A stretch of 64,000 bases of DNA from Candidatus Melainabacteria bacterium 17Bon1m (lineage in GTDB: Bacteria; Cyanobacteriota; Vampirovibrionia; Obscuribacterales; Obscuribacteraceae): NCBI GenBank assembly GCA_032128875.1, contig JAVLKG010000011.1, positions 140,392 to 204,391 of the forward strand, read 5' to 3'. The notes below the pieces were generated by a model. The model was not told the DNA's origin and searched no databases. It was given only the letters and a program-made list of their open reading frames with translations. Below are positions 58,599 through 64,000 of this stretch, piece by piece. Made by a program: the position numbers and the translations under genes. How positions within the stretch are numbered: position 1 is the stretch's first letter; every line of letters begins with the position of its first letter.

Positions 58599-59627
58599 CT
58601 ATGGTGCGCTACCTACGTTGCTGTCAATCCAGCTCAAAGCATTGTTGAAAGCTTCGTCGCTCACTTTCACGTCTTCAAAGCTATAGTGATCGCCGTTTTC
58701 CAGCAAAACATATTTTTTCTTGGCCGTCTTCAGATTTTTGTACACATCGGTCGAACCGACTTCTTTCGACTCGCCATCAAGTTTGCCATGAACAACGAGC
58801 ACTGGAACATCCTTGATTTGCTTGGCGAACTTCTTTGTCTTGTACATGTAAAACTGGCAAGCCATCAACTCTTTCGGTTTTAAATCAAGTCTAACGTCTT
58901 GGTCATCCATGAATGCTTCTTGCAGATTTTCCTTCGGTGTTGCAATATTCATCAAGTCTTCGCTCATGTGCGAGTCTTTGCCCGCTTTGAGAGTGAGAAC
59001 TTTGGAACCGATATTGACGTAATTGTCGATGGTTTTGTAGTGCTGACCACCAGGAGCGGCAGTGATTATGCCGGCGGTCAGCTCAGGATACTTCGCTGCT
59101 GCTTCGAGCGCGAGCGCGCCGCCCATTGCTTCTCCGAGGATAAAAACCGGAGTCTTGTCGTGCAATTTTTTGATCACTTCCAATGAGCCTTTTACGTCAG
59201 CAAAAGTATTGTCGAGATCCATCTCTGAATCTTTTGTTTTCATTTCGGTCCAGCCGCCAAAGCCGCGCAGATCGATCGAATAAACAATCACGCCTTTTTG
59301 AGCCATGCGTGTGCCAAAATCGTCGAAAACATTCTTGTGCAAGCCCAATTCGTGCAGGCAAAGCACTGCCGCGCGAGGAGTGCCGTCGGGCTTCCAAACA
59401 GTGGCGGGAGGATTACCCGGAACAAGACCAACAGAGGTGCCGGTGATTTCGCGTTTCTTTCTCTTTCTGTCTTTGGCGTCTTTGTGTTTTTTGCTGAAGG
59501 GCCAAAAGGCATCTGCACTAGGAACGGAAACTGCGCTGGTAAAGAGCAAGACGCCAGCGACAGCTAAAGCGGAAATCTGTTTACGCTTTGCGTTCTTATC
59601 TTGAGTGGTCTTAACCTTTATGAACAT
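58599..59627 (-). CDS. Exported alpha/beta hydrolase (lysophospholipase-like) with nucleophile Ser replaced by Ala
   Basis: SD AGGAGG; signal peptide; DLRGFG; GEAMGG in place of GxSxG; Asp (HGKLD) and His (GDH) retained. Confidence 0.85.
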   Translation of the reverse strand: MFIKVKTTQDKNAKRKQISALAVAGVLLFTSAVSVPSADAFWPFSKKHKDAKDRKRKKREITGTSVGLVPGNPPATVWKPDGTPRAAVLCLHELGLHKNVFDDFGTRMAQKGVIVYSIDLRGFGGWTEMKTKDSEMDLDNTFADVKGSLEVIKKLHDKTPVFILGEAMGGALALEAAAKYPELTAGIITAAPGGQHYKTIDNYVNIGSKVLTLKAGKDSHMSEDLMNIATPKENLQEAFMDDQDVRLDLKPKELMACQFYMYKTKKFAKQIKDVPVLVVHGKLDGESKEVGSTDVYKNLKTAKKKYVLLENGDHYSFEDVKVSDEAFNNALSWIDSNVGSAP

Positions 59628-59661
59628 GTATCGTCCTCCTCGACGTTTAAATCATGGCCCA

Positions 59662-62343
59662 CTATTTCTTTTTCACTGGTGGGTTGCTTGGTTTTAGGGG
59701 GGATTTGGTTGGGTTTCCAATTGATTTATGTGCCGGGGTCAGAGTTCGCCCCGGTAGCTTGCGTGCGCCTTCTCCACCGGCGCCTCCAAGAGGAATCATC
59801 ATCGGTTGAATATTTGCTGGTTTTGGATTGGTACCTGGATCGCTGAGAACAATCTCCGTTCCGCCAACGATTTTTTTGAACATCATTGGTGTTTGGAGAA
59901 CTGCGCGATCTCTGAGGACTTCTTCTTCAACTTTCTCTTTCAAGTGAGTGAAGACGCCGCCCATTTTTTCTTTGTTGTTGTTTTTTCTCAAGCCTTCGAG
60001 CAGATAGTGAGTAAAGACGCCGTTGTGGTAGCGCTTCGACTCCCATGAAATTTGATCGTCCATGCTGGACACAAGAATCAATTGACCCGGTCCGACATTT
60101 ATGTTGCTCGGTGAAAAATCGAATTCACGCTTCAGGGCTTTTGCACCTGCGATTGCGCCACCGTGACAAACGTCCAGCAGTAGCAAGCTGCGATCTGCAT
60201 GGAGAACTTCCTTGATACCGATTGTCAGCCACTGCATCGGAATTCCGCTGAAGACAAGATTTTCCTTCGTCCCCTCGTAAGTGACGATGAAGTTTGCGTT
60301 CGTCTCCTTTTCCGGAGCGCTGCCGTGACTAGACAGATAGAGCACGACAAGGTCATCTGGTCCGGCGACACGACCGAGCCATTTCTCGCCCAGATTGCCG
60401 ACAATGTTTTCTCTTGTTGCTTGCGCATCCGTAAGAAGCTTCACGTGATCGGGGGCAAACCCAGCTTCTTTGATCAAATAATTCTTGAAGTCGGTCGCAT
60501 CTTTTGCCGCGTAGCAGAGGTTGATGGAGGGATCTTTGAAATTGCTGATACCTACGATCAGTGCCCACTTATCTTTGATCGGTCTGGGCGGTTGGCTGAG
60601 TGTTGCATCTTCTGTGACTGTGACATCGGTTGAGTTGTAGCCAGGCAACGTGGCTTTTAGTTTGTCGGACTTTCTTTTCAGCTCTGTCGACTCTGTGACT
60701 TCTCCCTGGCAGCGAAGGGCTTCAGCGAGATTAGCCATATCGCTGGCAATAGCACCATTGTCGGTGCCACCAAGGGCTTGTTCGTTTTTCAATACTTCGC
60801 GATAGCGCTCAGTTGCTTCAGGATATCGTTTGGCTGCAAGCAGCGCGTCGGCAACTTCCTTTTCTATACTGGTGATTTCGAGCGTGTTGTCGCCTTTCTG
60901 CGCTTTCTTAATTGCAATTGCGCGATTGAGTAAATCAATAGCTTCTGCGGACTTGCCTTGTGGTCTCAAGACGTCTGCGAGAATTACCAGGTTCTGCGCA
61001 ACCAATTGGTGGTTTGGTCCAAGTACCTTTTCTCTGATTGTGAGTCCTTTTCTGATTAGTTGTTCGGCATCTTTATAGTCGCCGCGATTGCGCTCGACAA
61101 ATGCAATATTGTTGAAGCACGAAGCAACATCGAGGTGATTCTCACCAAGGTTTTTCTGACAAAGTTCAAGCGCGCGTCTATACAAAGACTCGGCAAACTC
61201 GTATTTGCCCTGCTTCAAATACAAGAGCGCGATGTTGTTCAAATCCGGCGCAATTCCCGCGCTGTCTTTTCCCAAGATTTGTTCGTCACAATTGAGTGCT
61301 TTCTTCAAATTTGCTTCTGCTTTTACATAGTCGTCGGCATCCATGTATGCCAGCCCGAGCTCTGTCGAAACAGCACCATAGGTCGTAGACGAACTTCCTG
61401 CCGTACGGGCAGCTAAGTTGAGCGCTTGCTCCAGAAGCGGAATTGCTTCCAAGGTTTTTTCTTGCGCAATCAAAATTTCAGATAAGGCGCGTGCAATTTT
61501 TAAGCGCACGTCGTCAGAAATTTTGTTTTTGGGATTTTGAGTATTAAGCAGCGGCGCAAGGAGTTTTTCTGCTTCTTCAAACCTGCCTTGCTCTCGCATA
61601 AGATTGGCTAACCGAATACGGTCTTCTGCCGTAGAGCCGCTTTCCTTACCGTTCACCGTTTCGCGCATCAGAATCGAGCGCTGCGTGAATTTCTCCGCCT
61701 CTTCAATTTTCCCTTGCGCCGCATAAACATTCGCGAGCGTGCTCAATCCGTCAGCAAGCTGAAGACTAGAGGCTCCGTCTGATTTGTCGCAGTGAGTAAT
61801 TGCCGCTTTTGCCATATTCTCCGCGGCGTCAAAGCGGTTGCGATCTAAATAAATGGTCGACAGGTTGATCAAGTAAGGAACCATTTCTTTGCATGGTTCT
61901 GCCTTACTCCCTTTCACTATTGCCAGTGCTTTCTCCGCGATTGTTTCTGCCTCTGCGTATCTTCTTTGATAACGGTTGGTCATCGACAATTGCATCAAAA
62001 CCGGAGCAATCTGAATATAATCTTTGCCGGCAGTTTTTTCCTTCAATGCCAAAAGCCGCTTCCAGAGTCTTTCCGCGTCATCAAACGCACCCTGGCGCAT
62101 GTCCAGTTTTGCCAGTGCAATGATCGCTTTTTCCAAATTCGGATCGTTTTCGTTTAGCTTTTCCGCCGCAAAAAGCGCCGCCTCGTACTGTTTTTTCGCC
62201 TCAAAAAAATGACCTTTATGCTGAGCCTCTTCGCCTTTATCCATAAAGGACTGCAATAGCGAGTCTTGCCCGAAGGCGACGCTATTGGAGAGACATAAAC
62301 CTGCCGCTAAGAGCAAAGCTGCAATTTGATGCTTGTTTTTCAT
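59662..62343 (-). CDS. Exported TPR-repeat protein with C-terminal caspase-like (peptidase C14) domain
   Basis: Signal peptide ending AFG, about 12 long TPRs, KWALIVGIS, SSHG (His), LDVCHGG (Cys), GVFTHYLLEGL, QTP. Confidence 0.9.
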   Translation of the reverse strand: MKNKHQIAALLLAAGLCLSNSVAFGQDSLLQSFMDKGEEAQHKGHFFEAKKQYEAALFAAEKLNENDPNLEKAIIALAKLDMRQGAFDDAERLWKRLLALKEKTAGKDYIQIAPVLMQLSMTNRYQRRYAEAETIAEKALAIVKGSKAEPCKEMVPYLINLSTIYLDRNRFDAAENMAKAAITHCDKSDGASSLQLADGLSTLANVYAAQGKIEEAEKFTQRSILMRETVNGKESGSTAEDRIRLANLMREQGRFEEAEKLLAPLLNTQNPKNKISDDVRLKIARALSEILIAQEKTLEAIPLLEQALNLAARTAGSSSTTYGAVSTELGLAYMDADDYVKAEANLKKALNCDEQILGKDSAGIAPDLNNIALLYLKQGKYEFAESLYRRALELCQKNLGENHLDVASCFNNIAFVERNRGDYKDAEQLIRKGLTIREKVLGPNHQLVAQNLVILADVLRPQGKSAEAIDLLNRAIAIKKAQKGDNTLEITSIEKEVADALLAAKRYPEATERYREVLKNEQALGGTDNGAIASDMANLAEALRCQGEVTESTELKRKSDKLKATLPGYNSTDVTVTEDATLSQPPRPIKDKWALIVGISNFKDPSINLCYAAKDATDFKNYLIKEAGFAPDHVKLLTDAQATRENIVGNLGEKWLGRVAGPDDLVVLYLSSHGSAPEKETNANFIVTYEGTKENLVFSGIPMQWLTIGIKEVLHADRSLLLLDVCHGGAIAGAKALKREFDFSPSNINVGPGQLILVSSMDDQISWESKRYHNGVFTHYLLEGLRKNNNKEKMGGVFTHLKEKVEEEVLRDRAVLQTPMMFKKIVGGTEIVLSDPGTNPKPANIQPMMIPLGGAGGEGARKLPGRTLTPAHKSIGNPTKSPLKPSNPPVKKK

Positions 62344-62591
62344 TTTGGTTCGGACCAACGGTCCAGGGGGCTCGGACCTTTCGGGTCCATCAGGGGTGCA
62401 GAGAAAACCAATTATGAAGGGCAGTTGTATCTTTTGTGTTTATTCATTTGAAGGTCTTACGTTTTTGGAACACTTGCTCGTGAAAGCCCCACGGGCGCAC
62501 TCGGGAACAAGATTTTCGGGGCTGCGTCGTTATGCCTTGTCACAACCCAAGATTTGCCGCCTGCATGACCTGCGGGAGGCGGAGATTCATC

Positions 62592-63560
62592 ATGAGAAAA
62601 ACTGCGCGTAAAACGGGAGCACTACTGGGTATCGCTATCCTGGCCGGAACGATTCTTTCTACTTCCACCGCGCAGCCGGCCAATGCGCAAATAGCCGACA
62701 TCTTGAAAAATGCCCTGGGCGGACAATTGGCAGGCTCAAACTACAATGACCCATATGGCAACAACAACGGTTACGACGCCTACGGCAATTCATTAAATGG
62801 CAATGGTGGTGGACTGAGTGGACTCTTGAACCAATTCTTGCCAGGGCAGACCGGCAGCTCTCTTCCGCTAAATCAAGACAATTTCTACAACACACCCAAT
62901 ACAGGCAACGGTCTTGTAGACAGCCTCTTGCCCCTGGTTCAAAACAGCGGCGTAGGCTCCAGCCTCTTGGGCTCTTATCTTCCTCAATCACAGCTTTCTT
63001 CGGCATATGGCAGCAATTACCCGACCAATCTGTCCGGCGGATACCTGAACGGTCTGCCCGGATTCCAGAATTTCGCAGGCGTGCAACCGGTCGTGTTCAA
63101 CGGTGTCACGCTCGACTCTGGAATATATTCCGGGCCTTATCGCGGCACACCTCACCAGGTGGAGTCGGCGATGAACCTAGACTGGCAAATGACCGTTCTT
63201 AAGGAACAGATTGGTCTGGGAGCTGCTCAGGGCTATCTAATGCCCTCGGATGCCAACTCTTTCATCTCGGAATTGAATGGTCTGATTACGCAAAAGCAAC
63301 GAGTTGTAAGAAGAAATGGGCTCAGTTTTGATGATTCTGAAGTACTCGTTCAGCGACTCAACGACCTGGTTGGTCGCGTACGACAGGCCTGGTACAACCA
63401 AAACGGGTTCAATCGCGGGCAGAACAGCAGCGGGTGGGGGCGTCGCGGTCGCCAATCAAGAGCGAATGCTTATGGTCAGGTTTTGAACAATAACCGCAAT
63501 GATGCCCTTGAAAGGTTGTACCTGATGACCCAGCCAACTCGTGGCGATTATCGATACTAA
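62592..63560 (+). CDS. Exported Gly/Asn/Ser-rich hypothetical protein
   Basis: SD GGAG, signal ending ANA, low-complexity N-terminal half, helical C-terminal domain. Confidence 0.75.
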   Translation: MRKTARKTGALLGIAILAGTILSTSTAQPANAQIADILKNALGGQLAGSNYNDPYGNNNGYDAYGNSLNGNGGGLSGLLNQFLPGQTGSSLPLNQDNFYNTPNTGNGLVDSLLPLVQNSGVGSSLLGSYLPQSQLSSAYGSNYPTNLSGGYLNGLPGFQNFAGVQPVVFNGVTLDSGIYSGPYRGTPHQVESAMNLDWQMTVLKEQIGLGAAQGYLMPSDANSFISELNGLITQKQRVVRRNGLSFDDSEVLVQRLNDLVGRVRQAWYNQNGFNRGQNSSGWGRRGRQSRANAYGQVLNNNRNDALERLYLMTQPTRGDYRY

Positions 63561-63581
63561 TCAAGTTTTGAGCCAGCCAGT

Positions 63582-63612
63582 CCGGGATACCAACCTCCGA
63601 GGGTGTCCCGGG
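63582..63612 (+). terminator. GC-rich 3' hairpin
   Basis: CCCGGGATACC...GGTGTCCCGGG; no clear U-tract. Confidence 0.45.
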
Positions 63613-63755
63613 TCTGGGCGTTTATCTGGCTAGAAACGGCAGAAGAGCGCGCTTTTCCCCCAGCGGCCGTGCCCGTTTAAACTTTCGCCATTTCCGCCTA
63701 ATCGATTGTTGGACACCGTAATTGGAAATACGGATGAGCCATTAGGAGAGATGTC

Positions 63756-64000
63756 ATGGCAGGCAAGATAGGGTTCTTTCAAAAAGGCGACCAGAGAAAA
63801 CAGTATTCGAACAACGTTTTGAACAATGTTGAGAGTGCTTATCGTCCGAAGAATAAAGGGCGCGTGAAAAATCCGATTTCGTCGAACACTTTGAGCGGCG
63901 AAGAGCCAGAAGCTTTAGAGGAAAATTTCGAATTACAGCAGCAATCAGCCCAGCAAGGGCGCTATCGAAATCCTGTTGGTTACGCGTTTGCTGGGCCGCA
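63756..64000 (+). CDS. Partial hypothetical protein
   Basis: SD AGGAG; ATG 63756 MAGKIGFFQKGDQRKQY... open to the window end. Confidence 0.6.
   Translation, partial: MAGKIGFFQKGDQRKQYSNNVLNNVESAYRPKNKGRVKNPISSNTLSGEEPEALEENFELQQQSAQQGRYRNPVGYAFAGP

Overview
Core-chromosome window from a non-photosynthetic cyanobacterial relative. The 16S sequence, the cyanobacteria-like housekeeping genes and the many exported TPR proteins and membrane kinases suggest Vampirovibrionia/Melainabacteria, probably Obscuribacterales; this is an inference, no search was run. Contents: the rimP-nusA-ylxR-infB-rbfA-truB operon, ybeY-dgkA, a FecCD/BtuCD-type ABC pair, a cysteine desulfurase, an aldehyde dehydrogenase, a 5'-nucleotidase, a rearranged cell-wall/division cluster (dppA, Zn-ribbon protein, rsmH, ftsL-like, ftsI, murJ; divergent dapF-ftsQ), mazG, ugd-uxs, a GntR regulator, a signalling cluster (three histidine kinases, a degenerate GGDEF protein, an OmpR-type regulator), a stand-alone 16S rRNA gene, and exported TPR-metalloprotease, TPR-caspase and pseudo-hydrolase genes. 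I saw no mobile elements, CRISPR arrays or tRNAs. Most notable: (1) rsmH has no canonical start upstream of its conserved N-terminal motif and appears to start at AUA, or by readthrough from an in-frame upstream gene, which could form a feedback loop because RsmH itself affects non-AUG initiation; (2) a candidate ~127-nt structured sRNA behind a perfect TTGACA/TATAAT promoter with a palindrome in the spacer; (3) a 16S gene unlinked from 23S/5S with its own promoter, processing stem and terminator; (4) two divergent genes overlapping head-to-head in their signal-peptide coding regions; (5) an exported caspase-fold protease co-transcribed with a nucleophile-dead hydrolase; (6) two EF-hand proteins sharing an unnamed motif, one downstream of a Pho-box-like repeat.
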